Part shown: positions 42,906 to 53,326 of the stretch, in pieces
Position numbering within the stretch: the stretch's first letter is position 1
Layout of the letters: each line of letters opens with the position of its first letter
Assembly: GCA_963708295.1 (NCBI GenBank)
Contig: CAVPSJ010000012.1
Coordinates: 32,001 to 96,000, forward strand
Length of the DNA: 64,000 nt
Source of the DNA: an uncultured delta proteobacterium
GTDB taxonomy: Bacteria; Desulfobacterota; BSN033; UBA1163
Direction: 5' to 3'
Notes under the pieces: model-generated
Seen by the model: the letters and a program-made list of their open reading frames with translations, nothing else
Told to the model about the DNA's origin: nothing
Databases searched by the model: none
Program-made: the position numbers and the translations under genes

Positions 42906-45317
42906 CTATGCTTTCCCCAAAGCCTGAAGCACTTTATCCGGAGTAATCGGCCCGTCGTCCACCCATTTCCCCAGGGCGTTGTAGACCGCGCTTTCAAGGA
43001 GATAAGTAGTCATCGTGGCAACATCTTCCCCTACCCCGACCGTCCCGTAAGGTCCTAAACCCATCCCGGTTTCCACGATAATCGTCTCCACACTCCCAAC
43101 GTCGAGCAGGGTCGCCCATTTGTAATCGAGGAGGCTGCCGTTGAGCAGCACGCCTGTCACCGGATCCCAAACATATTGCTCCATCAGGTTTCTTCCCATT
43201 CCCATATAGGTGCCGCCATACATCTGTCCTTCCACGGTTTCCGGAGACAAAGCCTTCCCGACATCGTTCACGTTTACGACCTTCTTAACCTCAACCTCCC
43301 CTGTTTCGATGTCCACTTCGATCTCGCAGAAATGGGCTTGTCTGCACAAACGGTGCCGGCCCGGCTCCGTGCCGTACCTGCCCTGCCGGTGATATTCCCA
43401 CGCAAAGACCGGAGCATGCGTCGTGCCCTGGATGGCGGCATAGTCCAAGCCCCAGTTCATGCTCCCCGCCATATCTTTCACCACCTCGGCCACGGTCTTC
43501 CTGACGGAGGGGTCTGCTTTGACGAAAATGACACTCTCCTTGACATCCAGGTCCTCCGGTTTTCGGCCCGGAAAAGCGGGAGGATCTACCCTTTCGATAA
43601 CGTCGACCGCTGTAGTGGCCAGTTCGAGAAGCCTCTCTTTTGCCTTTCTTGCCGCTTTTCTCATGACATACCCATTCGTGGTCAGATTGCAGGAGCCATC
43701 CGGGGACATCATCGGCAGGTAGACGTCGTCCTGCTGCCTGAAAAACACATCCTCCATTCGCATTCCCAATTCTTCCGCCACGACTTCGCAGTACGTCGTT
43801 TCAGCATTGACCCCTTGGTCGCAACGAAACCCGATGATATTGACGGACCCATCTTGTTGAATCAGCACCCCCCCTACCCCGGCACCCCTGTTGTCATCCC
43901 ATTCGTGGCTCCAGATAAATCCCATGCCGTGCATTTTGCCGTTGTCTAGCCTTCTGGCTCCCGGCGCATGCCACTTCTGATCCCAACCGATCGCCTTCTT
44001 TCCTGCGTCGATGCACTCTCTCAGGCTATCCCTGGCAGCAAATCCATGGTCCGCCTTGAACTGGTCAAGATGGGCCATCTCTTTTCCCTCCGTGCCGTCG
44101 TTCTTCAGCGCCACTTCTGTCGGATCCATTCCAAGTTCGCCTGCCACATGGTTGAAGACGTGAGCCATTGCGAAGGCGGCCGGTGTTTGCTCACATCGAA
44201 GGGCAATGACCGGTCCTTTGTTGACCCGCGCCGTTACGTTTTGAGCTCTGATATTCGGGATTCTCGTGTTTTCAAGCAGGTGGCTCTCAGCCCAATACCC
44301 TGAATTGGCATAGATTGCCTTGAGATCGACGGCGCTGATGGTTCCATCCTTCTTGACCCCTATCTTAAAATACCCGACCATGGCATCGGTTGATCCGAAG
44401 ACAAAATCCTCCCTTCTGTTGAAAACCCACTTCACCGGTCTTCCCGTTCTTCTGGCCAGTATCGCACTGAGCCCTTGATCGATTTGACTCGAAGAGATCC
44501 AGTTCCATCCCCCATACATCCCCCCACTGTAGGGAACATTGGTTTTGATCTTGTTCATCGGTACGCCCAAATACTGGTGCAGGGTCCACTTATGCTCATA
44601 CGGGTGTTGATGATGTAACCAGAGTTCCAAGCAATCTCCTTCCCATCGAGAAATGCCCCCCAGCAATTCCGCGTCTGCCCCGCCGTGGTACCGCCGGGTT
44701 GCCTTGAACTCAATGATCTGATCAGCCTCCTTGAAACCTCTCTCCACATCCCCAAATTCCATGACCCCGGAACAGGGAGAAGGGGGTGCTTCCGTGAGGT
44801 TATCTGCTGACAGTTCCGGCCGCACCGGGGGAGCGCCCGGCTTCAGCGCCTCTTCCTGGTCGAGCACGAACGGACGGATCTCCCACTCCACGTCAATCGA
44901 CTTCAGTGCCCGGACGGCGATATCCTCTGTCTCCGCGGCAACGGCAGCCCCCATGTGCTGCCCTTCGAAATAAGCATAACCGGGCAGAAAATCGTCGCTG
45001 CCCCCGTAGGTCGTCACGACCTTTCTGCCGGATACTTCCGGGTCGTCATACCGGAGAACGGCCCACACCCCTGGTAACGCCTCCGCCTTGCTTGTATCCA
45101 TTCTCTTGATTCTCGCATTTGGATAAGGCGAGGTAAAAAACTTCGCATACAGCATCCCCGGCAGTTGAATATCCCTTGTGTAGACCGCTTTTCCGCTTGC
45201 CTTCCTGTACCCGTCGATACGGCGTATTCCACGCTTTCCCAGGATATCAAACGTCTCAGGAGCATACCGGTCATGTTCCATGGGATTGCTGGGCATATCT
45301 TTTATGTCTCGACCCAT
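42906..45317 (-). CDS. Xanthine dehydrogenase family molybdopterin-binding subunit
   Basis: KASGKAVYTRD, SPYPNARI, GRPVK, DQG, EGQMYGG, GVGE. Confidence 0.9.
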   Translation of the reverse strand: MGRDIKDMPSNPMEHDRYAPETFDILGKRGIRRIDGYRKASGKAVYTRDIQLPGMLYAKFFTSPYPNARIKRMDTSKAEALPGVWAVLRYDDPEVSGRKVVTTYGGSDDFLPGYAYFEGQHMGAAVAAETEDIAVRALKSIDVEWEIRPFVLDQEEALKPGAPPVRPELSADNLTEAPPSPCSGVMEFGDVERGFKEADQIIEFKATRRYHGGADAELLGGISRWEGDCLELWLHHQHPYEHKWTLHQYLGVPMNKIKTNVPYSGGMYGGWNWISSSQIDQGLSAILARRTGRPVKWVFNRREDFVFGSTDAMVGYFKIGVKKDGTISAVDLKAIYANSGYWAESHLLENTRIPNIRAQNVTARVNKGPVIALRCEQTPAAFAMAHVFNHVAGELGMDPTEVALKNDGTEGKEMAHLDQFKADHGFAARDSLRECIDAGKKAIGWDQKWHAPGARRLDNGKMHGMGFIWSHEWDDNRGAGVGGVLIQQDGSVNIIGFRCDQGVNAETTYCEVVAEELGMRMEDVFFRQQDDVYLPMMSPDGSCNLTTNGYVMRKAARKAKERLLELATTAVDVIERVDPPAFPGRKPEDLDVKESVIFVKADPSVRKTVAEVVKDMAGSMNWGLDYAAIQGTTHAPVFAWEYHRQGRYGTEPGRHRLCRQAHFCEIEVDIETGEVEVKKVVNVNDVGKALSPETVEGQMYGGTYMGMGRNLMEQYVWDPVTGVLLNGSLLDYKWATLLDVGSVETIIVETGMGLGPYGTVGVGEDVATMTTYLLESAVYNALGKWVDDGPITPDKVLQALGKA

Positions 45318-45652
45318 CTCTGTCCTCCTCTACGTCTCTATCATCTTCCGCGTGCCTAAGAAACACCGAAACGCATACCCAACTGGCTTTTCCAGGCAAC
45401 GTTACTAATGAGTCCATAATTGAAAAAACATATTTGTACCATTGCGATAAATCCCCATCCCCCTCCTTCCCTCCCCCTTGAAGGGGGAGGAAGCTATCGT
45501 TTTCCCTCCCCTTCAGGGGGAGGGAAGGGGTGGGGGTGGGGTTAATCAAATGTCTATTCAATCTTAACGTTGCAAGAAGATCTCACTCCATCGACATGGG
45601 TGAATCCCGCGTTCCACGGAATTTGCCCATGGCCGCTTACGCTGCTGCAAGG

Positions 45653-46222
45653 TTAATGCAGTCTCTTCGCCGCTTCCTTCACGGCTTTCACGTGCTGGGG
45701 ATAAGTCCCGCACCGGCAAAGGTTCCCTGCGAGGGCTTCCTTTATTTCTTCCTCCGACGGCCCGGGATTTCTATCCAGCAGCGCCTTCGCCGTAACTACG
45801 AACCCGGGGGTGCAGTAGCCGCATTGCATACAGTGATGTTTGACGTATTCATCGATGAGCGGATGTTCTTTCGCCGCAATGCCTTCGATGGTTTCTATCT
45901 TCTTGCCTTCACACTCGATTGCGAGTGTCATGCAGGAGAGGATCGGCCTTCCCTCCATAATGACGGTGCACGACCCACAGGCGCCCCGATCGCAAAACAT
46001 CTTTGCACCCGTAAAACCCAGTTTGTCGTGGAGAACATGATACAATGTCCATTCCGGCTCTACCCCGATTTCGTATGCCTTTCCGTTGACCCTAAGCGTG
46101 ATCAGTCCCTCCGGAACCGGCAAAGGCTCCTTCCCATGGCCCTGGGTCACGTGTCCCCTGAGGTCCTCAATCGAGTTGAATGCCGTCGCGCAATACGGAC
46201 AGGTGTATTTCGTCTCTTTCAC
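45653..46222 (-). CDS. 2x[2Fe-2S] subunit with N-terminal C2H2 zinc finger
   Basis: CDRGACGSC, QCGYCTPG, GNLCRC; N-terminal YTCPYC-x12-H-x4-H. Confidence 0.9.
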   Translation of the reverse strand: MKETKYTCPYCATAFNSIEDLRGHVTQGHGKEPLPVPEGLITLRVNGKAYEIGVEPEWTLYHVLHDKLGFTGAKMFCDRGACGSCTVIMEGRPILSCMTLAIECEGKKIETIEGIAAKEHPLIDEYVKHHCMQCGYCTPGFVVTAKALLDRNPGPSEEEIKEALAGNLCRCGTYPQHVKAVKEAAKRLH

Positions 46223-46462
46223 TCTCCTATTCCTCCTTCATCCATTCTTTACAATTCCCAGACCTCTCTCAATGGGCAGCAAAATCCTCCTCGATCCCTC
46301 CGAGAGTTTATTCGGGGTGATATCTTTACGCTCCTTTAAAATACCAAACCAATCGCCATCCGAAGTCCTCCCGGGAGCGGGATTTACCCGCGACCGTTTA
46401 TGCAACTGTCAGCTAAAGATTTGGAGACCCATCCGCCTGCCCTCTCGCACATCTTCCGGATC

Positions 46463-47689
46463 TTAAGAAACGCTGAGTTTCTTCAGGTACAGTGATTGGT
46501 GGATCCTGTTTTCGTAATCGCTCCTGAAATACCTCAAGCTGTCCATCACGGGGATGCAGGCGCTCTGCCCCAGTCCGCACAACGAGGAATCCGTCATGAC
46601 CCGCGAGAGATCCTCCAGAATCTCTATGTCTCCTTGCGATCCTTCCACTCTCGCCAGTCTTCCCAGGACCTCAATCAACACCTGAGTCCCCTCCCGGCAG
46701 GGAGCACACTTCCCACACGATTCTTCGGCGAAAAATTCCGCAGTTCGGTAAATCATATCGATGATATCCCTGCTTTCATCGAAAACGGTCACCGCCCCGG
46801 AGCCTAAGACCCTTTCAAAGGAAAGAGGCGTGTCGATCAGGCTTCCCGGGATAATCCTTCCCGCCGCCCCTCCTATTTGAACAGCTTTGACGCCCTTCGC
46901 GCGAGCCCTTTCAAACACCAGCTCCTTTAGGTTACTTCCCATGACCAGCTCATAGATTCCGGGCTTCTTCACATCGCCGCTGACCGAAAAGACCTTGGTC
47001 CCCTTGCTCTTTTCCGTCCCGATCGCGCTGAACCATGAGGCCCCGTTCGAAATGATCTGGGGAATGTTGGCCAAGGTCTCTATGTTGTTAATGATGGTAG
47101 GTTTTCCAAAAAGCCCGCTCACCGGTGGAAAGGGAGGTCTGTAGCGGGCTTCCCCGCGTCCGCCTTCGACGGAATTCATGAGGGCGGACTCCTCACCGCA
47201 GACATAAGCGCCTGCTCCTTCTCGGACCTCCATCGTCAAACCCTTTAACAACCCTTTCCGCTTCGCCTGCTCAATCCCATTTCTGAGTACGGGGATAAGA
47301 ATGCGATATTCCCCGCGAAGATAGACGTAGGCGTTCCGGGCTCCAATCGCGTATGCGGCAATGGCCATCCCCTCAAAAAAGCTAAAGGGATCGTTCTGCA
47401 GGATGTGCCTATCCTTGAACGTCCCCATCTCACCCTCGTCTGCGTTACAAATAAGAAATTTCTCATCTGCCGGGGTTTTTCTCGCCACCTCCCATTTCAA
47501 CCCGCAGGGGAATCCGGCACCTCCTCGGCCCCGGAGTCCGGAGGCCTTCACTTCCTCAATCACCGCATCCGGGGTCATATCGTTCAGCGCCTTTGCCAGA
47601 GCTTTAAAACCTCCCCTCTCCAGGTAAGTATGGATATCCCCGGGGTCGATCACCCCACAATACTTTAGGACAATTCTTTTCTCCGGCAC
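46463..47689 (-). CDS. NuoF/HoxF-like NADH/FMN-binding subunit
   Basis: GRGGAGFP, NADEGE, GAGAYVCGEE, ESCGKCAPCREG, CGLGQ. Confidence 0.9.
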   Translation of the reverse strand: MPEKRIVLKYCGVIDPGDIHTYLERGGFKALAKALNDMTPDAVIEEVKASGLRGRGGAGFPCGLKWEVARKTPADEKFLICNADEGEMGTFKDRHILQNDPFSFFEGMAIAAYAIGARNAYVYLRGEYRILIPVLRNGIEQAKRKGLLKGLTMEVREGAGAYVCGEESALMNSVEGGRGEARYRPPFPPVSGLFGKPTIINNIETLANIPQIISNGASWFSAIGTEKSKGTKVFSVSGDVKKPGIYELVMGSNLKELVFERARAKGVKAVQIGGAAGRIIPGSLIDTPLSFERVLGSGAVTVFDESRDIIDMIYRTAEFFAEESCGKCAPCREGTQVLIEVLGRLARVEGSQGDIEILEDLSRVMTDSSLCGLGQSACIPVMDSLRYFRSDYENRIHQSLYLKKLSVS

Positions 47690-47707
47690 AGCTGTTCCTC
47701 CCTCAAA

Positions 47708-48814
47708 TTACTTGTATGATTTAAGGATTCCCGATATCTTCCTGGGAGTCAGGTTCCCATGAAGATCATCATTGACCAGCATCGCCGGCGCTTGGTCACA
47801 GGCCCCGATGCAGTTTGTCCATTCAAATGAGAACTTCCCGTCCGCCGTCGAAGCACCCGGCCTGATCCCGATCTCCTTCTCCACACGAGCAGCAATCCTG
47901 CCCCCATTCTTCATGTAGCAGGGCAGACTCTTGCAAATTCTGATCACGTTCCGGCCCCGGGGTTTTACCGAGATAAAAGCATAAAACGTTGCCACTCCAT
48001 AAACTTCACTCAAGGGCAGGCTCAAGCTCCGGGCAGCAGCGGACATCGCCTTCTCAGAAAGATAACCCGATTTCCTTTGGGCACCGATGAGCCTTTCCAA
48101 CAGCGTCTCACGCTCCCGGTTTCCGACGGAAGTTTGCATACGGATTTTCTCGACTTCAGCCGGCTTCCGTTCCTTTGCGCCACCCGGGGATGTCAGGGCG
48201 GAGGTCGGACAATAGTCGATACAGATGCCGCAGTCTTTGCATACCTCTTTGTTCAGTGGGACGTCGCAGTCAACGACGACCTTGGAAGAGAACCCGCGAT
48301 AAGCCATGCTGTAAATATTTTGTCCGGCAATCTCGCTGCAGGCCTTGATACACCGGTAGCACAAGATGCACTTCGACAGATCCCGCCTCACATAGGGGCT
48401 GACATTCTCCACGGGATAAAAGCGCGGCCTTCCGAGAGGAAATCTGGGAGGTCCAACTTCCAGATCGGCGGCGATGACGTGAAGCTGGCACGCCTCGACC
48501 ACGCCGTCTTTGACGCACGGCCCGGTGTGCCCCGCGAACAGAAGCTCGACGATGGCCCGACGCGCCCCCAAAACCCTTGGAGACCGGGTATGGATCGTCA
48601 TCCCTTCCGTGATCGGCGTATGGCAGGAACCCACCAGTCTCCCGGAGCCCTCCACTTCAACCACGCAAATACGACAGGACCCTGAAGGTGTCAGGCCGGG
48701 GATGTGGCAGAGCGTCGGAATATCGATGCCACCCTGCCTGGCGGCCTCAAAAATGGTCATTTCTTTCCGCCCCCCCACCTCCGTACCGTCGATGACGACG
48801 CTTACATCACTCAT
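47708..48814 (-). CDS. NuoG-N-terminal FeS domain fused to a NuoE-like [2Fe-2S] domain
   Basis: IPTLC, GSCRIC, CILCYRC, CKDCGICIDYCP, then YGVATFY, CKSLPC, CIGAC. Confidence 0.85.
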   Translation of the reverse strand: MSDVSVVIDGTEVGGRKEMTIFEAARQGGIDIPTLCHIPGLTPSGSCRICVVEVEGSGRLVGSCHTPITEGMTIHTRSPRVLGARRAIVELLFAGHTGPCVKDGVVEACQLHVIAADLEVGPPRFPLGRPRFYPVENVSPYVRRDLSKCILCYRCIKACSEIAGQNIYSMAYRGFSSKVVVDCDVPLNKEVCKDCGICIDYCPTSALTSPGGAKERKPAEVEKIRMQTSVGNRERETLLERLIGAQRKSGYLSEKAMSAAARSLSLPLSEVYGVATFYAFISVKPRGRNVIRICKSLPCYMKNGGRIAARVEKEIGIRPGASTADGKFSFEWTNCIGACDQAPAMLVNDDLHGNLTPRKISGILKSYK

Positions 48815-49236
48815 AGGGCTCAGTCCTTTTGTTCAAGAGATTCTTGCAGTCGTTACAAATCTTCCTTCCCATTATGGGCCTGTACAGGCCTTTTTACGGG
48901 CCGTATTGTACCTGTACCCCAGGTTAGAAACCTTGTCAAGACGTTTCCACCAAAATGGATCTTTGAATACAGTCCATGCTTTTCCCCAGAGCAATTTTTT
49001 TCTGGGATAACGAAATAACACCATTTGGATCAAAAGAAGCAACGCGAAAACTTCATCATTAGCCTCAACCGTCTCTTATTTGTCCTCTTAACCAAGTATT
49101 CTCCTTGACAAATTTACCCGCTTCTAATATATAAAACCCCAGATTTTGCAGCGGTGTTTCAAGTGTAGGGTGTATCCCACATTATTTCGACCCAAGACAT
49201 ACCTGAGAGCAATTCAAGCGCACGAGGAGGATCCCT

Positions 49237-50019
49237 ATGAAAGAGTCGATCAAGAACCTGTTCAGCTTGGACGGTAAGGTGGCACTTGTGACTGGCGGAA
49301 ATGGAGGTATTGGCAAAGGCATTGCGCGGGGGTTGGCTGGAGCCGGGGCGGACATTGTCATTGCAGCCCGGAATGAGGCCAAGACAGCTGCAGCCGTGCG
49401 CGAGATCAAGGAAGAATTTGGCGTGAAGGTGGTGGGGGTGAAAGTGGATGTAAGGCAAGAGCCCCAGATTCATGCGATGGTGAAAAAGGCCCTCGATTCC
49501 TTCAAAAAAATCGACATCCTGGTCAGTAATGCCGGCATCGCCATCCATAAGATTCCTGAAGAGATGTCCACTGCAGAATGGGATGAGAACATCGAGGTAA
49601 ACCTCCGTAGTTTCTTCATTGTTGCCAAGGCTGTTTATCCGGTGATGAAGAAAGCCGGCGGAGGAAAGATCATCAGCATCGGTTCGATGTTCGCATTCTT
49701 TGGCTCTGAGGCCCTCCCAGCCTATGGGGCGAGCAAGGGTGGGATCGTCCAGCTGACCCGTAGTTTGGCCGTGGGCTGGGCCCACGAGAACATCCAGGTC
49801 AACTGCATCCTTCCAGGATTCATCAACACCGATCTTTCTGCGGACGGAAAGCGGGATATCCCGGGGTTAGAAGAGGGTGTCAAAGCCCGGACCCCGGCCG
49901 GCCGCTGGGGCGAGCCCGAGGATATGGCAGGAACGGCCATTTTTCTGGCGAGCCGCGCGTCGGACTTCTTAACGGGCGCGGCTATCCCTGTAGACGGCGG
50001 ATTTGCCGTGAAAGTGTGA
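49237..50019 (+). CDS. SDR oxidoreductase (KduD/gluconate 5-dehydrogenase-like)
   Basis: TGGNGGIG, NAG, YGASK, RTPAGRWG. Confidence 0.9.
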   Translation: MKESIKNLFSLDGKVALVTGGNGGIGKGIARGLAGAGADIVIAARNEAKTAAAVREIKEEFGVKVVGVKVDVRQEPQIHAMVKKALDSFKKIDILVSNAGIAIHKIPEEMSTAEWDENIEVNLRSFFIVAKAVYPVMKKAGGGKIISIGSMFAFFGSEALPAYGASKGGIVQLTRSLAVGWAHENIQVNCILPGFINTDLSADGKRDIPGLEEGVKARTPAGRWGEPEDMAGTAIFLASRASDFLTGAAIPVDGGFAVKV

Positions 50020-50104
50020 AGAAGCAGCGAACATTATTTTTAATGGGCCAAAACCGGAGGGAATGTTTTATAATGGAAGCATCTCGTCACGGTGGGGAGG
50101 CTCC

Positions 50105-51388
50105 ATGAAGCACTACGTCAACTATGGGAATCAGAGGAAAGAATTCTCACTCCCGAGGGGATGGAATCCGATTTCTGCTGTGGATAAGCCTCCTATTCCC
50201 GGAGTAAACGACCCCATCCAGGAAATCAGACGCGCCCTGGATCATCCGATCGGATCAGCCAAGATTGAAGAGCTAGCACGCCCGGGGATGGAAGTGGTTC
50301 TACTCTTTGACGACTTGCAGCGGCCCACTCCGGTTCATCTTGCCCTGCCCGAGATCCTGAACCGCCTGAACCGGGCGGGGATCCCCGATGAGCGGATTAC
50401 CGGAATCTGTGCCGTGGGGACTCACTCTGTTCTCACATCGGAACAACTTGAGAGGAAGGTGGGAAAAGAATTTTTTTCCCGCCTGGAAAGCCGCGTCCTT
50501 TCCCATGATCCCCATGCCTCTGATAATGTGACCATTGGGAAAACCCATCGAGGAACTCTGGTGGAAGTCAACCATCGGGTGGCCTTCGCCGATCTGATCA
50601 TCGGGGTGGGAGAATGCATGCCTCACCCCATCGCCGGATACGGAGGCGGATGCAAGATCATCCTGCCCGGGGTTTGCTCTTATCGATCCGTAGCCGACCA
50701 TCATTATACATGGATGCGCCACCGAAGCAGCAAAGTGAACGTGATGGATGGAAACTCTTTTTACGAAGAGATCGTCGACGGCGGAAAGCTGGCAAGGCTG
50801 GCCTTCAAACTCGATTTCATCATCAATGAAAGGAAGGAAGTCATCCGGGCCTTCGCAGGAGATCCCGTCGCGGAGCACCGGGAAGCCTCACATCATGCGG
50901 CCTCTCTTTATCTGGTCCCCTTGCCAAAAATGGCGGACGTGACGATTACCGCTGCTTTTCCGATGGAAATCGGGGTGCAATCCACGAAGGCATTGACCAT
51001 GGCGGGATTTTGCACGAGATCCGGAGGAACGATCATCTGGGTTGCCCCGCAGAAAGAGGCCGGTCCGATTATGCCTTTGATCAAGGAAATGGCCAGCCCG
51101 GAAAGTGCGGGAGATTTCCACCGCCGGCTCATCCGAGGGGACGTTCCCGACCACCTCAAATCATTCGGAATCTCGTACATCATGCAGGTCGTTTACTTCA
51201 AAGAGCTGGCCGAAAAATTTAACGTCGTCCATGTGACGGAGGGACTTTCCCCGGAGCAGGTGAAGATGATGAAATTCTCCTATGCTCCGGATATGCAAGA
51301 AGCGATCAAACAGGTCTCCGAAATAATGGACAAGGCCGACGTCGCGATCCTTCCCTCCGGTGGCAATGTCATTGCGGAGGTCGGGTAA
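50105..51388 (+). CDS. LarA-family nickel-pincer racemase/epimerase
   Basis: DDLQRPTP, GTH, HDP, PHPIAGYGGGCK..PG, DHH. Confidence 0.85.
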   Translation: MKHYVNYGNQRKEFSLPRGWNPISAVDKPPIPGVNDPIQEIRRALDHPIGSAKIEELARPGMEVVLLFDDLQRPTPVHLALPEILNRLNRAGIPDERITGICAVGTHSVLTSEQLERKVGKEFFSRLESRVLSHDPHASDNVTIGKTHRGTLVEVNHRVAFADLIIGVGECMPHPIAGYGGGCKIILPGVCSYRSVADHHYTWMRHRSSKVNVMDGNSFYEEIVDGGKLARLAFKLDFIINERKEVIRAFAGDPVAEHREASHHAASLYLVPLPKMADVTITAAFPMEIGVQSTKALTMAGFCTRSGGTIIWVAPQKEAGPIMPLIKEMASPESAGDFHRRLIRGDVPDHLKSFGISYIMQVVYFKELAEKFNVVHVTEGLSPEQVKMMKFSYAPDMQEAIKQVSEIMDKADVAILPSGGNVIAEVG

Positions 51389-51570
51389 CGCTTGGCGTAA
51401 AGCGAACAGCGTCAAATCCACAGACCCCGTTAACGGATCGCTCCCACCTGATCGCCTTCGACCTTTGCAGATGAATCAACGCTCGCCTTGAAAATCGCCC
51501 TATCGAATGTTACAGAGTTTTTCGTCACCTTCTTCATCTCCATCAATAAAGGCATGGCCTGAGAGAATTC

Positions 51571-52551
51571 ATGTACAAGTTTATCTTTGCCTTCGGTTTG
51601 ATTGTTTCCGGACTGTTGATCGGATACGGAATCCAGACACTCGTCAGAAGAAAGGTCCTCGATCTTCCTCTACCCCTATTAGATCGACTCAGAAGATTTC
51701 TGGTGATGCTGGTTCTCCTGTTCATCAACCCGGTCACGATTGTGGGTGCTCTATGGACCATCAGAATGAATGACGGACGCCTGATGGCTTTCCCGGTCCT
51801 GGAGGTTTTCGCCATCCTTCTGGGAGGATTCCTGGCACTCGGGGCCTCAAAGATCTTGAAATTGGAACGGAGAAAAATCGGCTCAATGTTTGCCTGCGGT
51901 TTTTTTACCAACACGCTTTCCATCGGAGGACTGATCTGCTTTGTCTTTCTCGGGGAGATGGGGTTTGCCCTCGTCGCCTTTTACAGGATTTTTGAGGAGT
52001 TTATGTATTATGGCGTAGGCTTTCCTATGGCGAAACTCTACAGCACCGATACTCATGAGAAGGAGGTCTGGCAGGACAAACTCAAAAGGTTGGGGACGGA
52101 CACCTTTGTCCTTGTTTCTCTCAGCAGTCTTTTCACAGGAGGGTTACTCAATCTTTCCGGACTGAGAAGACCCGAAGTTTACCAGATCATCAATTCGATC
52201 CTGATTCCTCTTGGAACATTGGCCCTGCTTATTTCGATTGGACTCGCCATGAGGATCAAGACGATTCAAGACTACCTGAAGGAGTGCATGGTCATATCAG
52301 GGATCAAATTATTGATTGTCCCTGTCATTCTGACCCTAACAGCCTTCCTTCTGGGTTACGGAAAGATTGAAGAGGGGTTGCCATTGAAAGTGGTCATGAT
52401 CCTTTCGTCCATGCCGGTGGCATTTACTGCCTTGGTCCCTCCTTCCATTTACGGTCTCGATATCGACCTGGCAAATTCATGCTGGTTATTCAGCACCGCT
52501 CTGTTGGCCGTTGTCCTGCCGGTTTTATATATCGCCACCCAGTCCCTTTAG
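51571..52551 (+). CDS. AEC-family (membrane transport protein) permease
   Basis: About 10 TM; FFTNT..IG, IKLLIVP, SSMPVA. Confidence 0.75.
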   Translation: MYKFIFAFGLIVSGLLIGYGIQTLVRRKVLDLPLPLLDRLRRFLVMLVLLFINPVTIVGALWTIRMNDGRLMAFPVLEVFAILLGGFLALGASKILKLERRKIGSMFACGFFTNTLSIGGLICFVFLGEMGFALVAFYRIFEEFMYYGVGFPMAKLYSTDTHEKEVWQDKLKRLGTDTFVLVSLSSLFTGGLLNLSGLRRPEVYQIINSILIPLGTLALLISIGLAMRIKTIQDYLKECMVISGIKLLIVPVILTLTAFLLGYGKIEEGLPLKVVMILSSMPVAFTALVPPSIYGLDIDLANSCWLFSTALLAVVLPVLYIATQSL

Positions 52552-52601
52552 TCCATTTTTTGCCGCCTCTCTAACCGCTTTTTCGAAATCAGCGGTGGCT
52601 A

Positions 52602-52697
52602 TCAACCATCGACGTTCTTTGTCGCCTGGTCACAGCCGATGCATAAAAATAGGATCAGGATTGCGAAAATGAATCTCATTCGTGTCGAGTGTCGCAT
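52602..52697 (-). pseudogene. 5' fragment of lipoprotein signal peptidase II
   Basis: MRHSTRMRFIFAILILFLCIGCDQATK then an early stop; DQxTK motif. Confidence 0.55.
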
Positions 52698-52702
52698 GTT
52701 CG

Positions 52703-53191
52703 TTACTCCCTCGGCCGTCGCTGACCGGTGTTGCTCACCTGTTGGACGAGCACGTAGGCCATGAGACCCCCCATATACAGCACTCCTAACAGAAAAGAGA
52801 GACCCGCTTGAAGCCACGTGATTCGGTGCGTAGAGAGAAACATGAAGTACGCGTAAAGCACGAGCGGGATGTAGATCAGCGCGCCTGAGATGACACCGGG
52901 ATAGTACCTCTTCGTTACGATGGCCCCGCGAATGTGCAGAACGGCATTTGTGAAGACGAGGCTGAAGACTGACAAGCTCAGAACAAGGTTCGCCTTTCCG
53001 ATGAACGCGCTGAGAAGACACAACAGAACCAAGAGACCGTTCACCGCCAGATGAAACTTCAGCGTGAAAAGAGCCGTCGCCCTTGGAAGCAGTCTCTCAA
53101 GCGCACCTGCGAAGCCTCCGGGATAGACGTATTCTTCCAAGATGTGTACGACCGCAGCGCCCGGCAGCGCATCAAATACCCAATCCCCCAT
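52703..53191 (-). CDS. HXXEE-domain membrane protein (cassette)
   Basis: HILEE, YYPG; RBS ggagg. Confidence 0.85.
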   Translation of the reverse strand: MGDWVFDALPGAAVVHILEEYVYPGGFAGALERLLPRATALFTLKFHLAVNGLLVLLCLLSAFIGKANLVLSLSVFSLVFTNAVLHIRGAIVTKRYYPGVISGALIYIPLVLYAYFMFLSTHRITWLQAGLSFLLGVLYMGGLMAYVLVQQVSNTGQRRPRE

Positions 53192-53233
53192 ATTTCCTCC
53201 TCCTCTCGTTTTCGCCCAAGAATCGCAAGATCG

Positions 53234-53316
53234 GGCTAACGCAAAGGGTGAGGCGGGGAGGTCGCCCTTACGATGAGGCCGGGCTACGCACGCTCGCCTC
53301 GAACCGCTTGCTAGCT
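53234..53316 (-). other. attC site (degenerate R'')
   Basis: Minus strand AGCTAGC aagcggttcgaggcg ... cgcctcaccctttgc GTTAGCC, 10 bp after the vapC stop. Confidence 0.7.
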
Positions 53317-53326
53317 GAATCGTTTC

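Noticed and set aside
52568-52600. attC at the distal end of the array
   Set aside because: There is a GTTAGAG and a short hairpin, but no R'' or L-box geometry; more likely a terminator between convergent genes.
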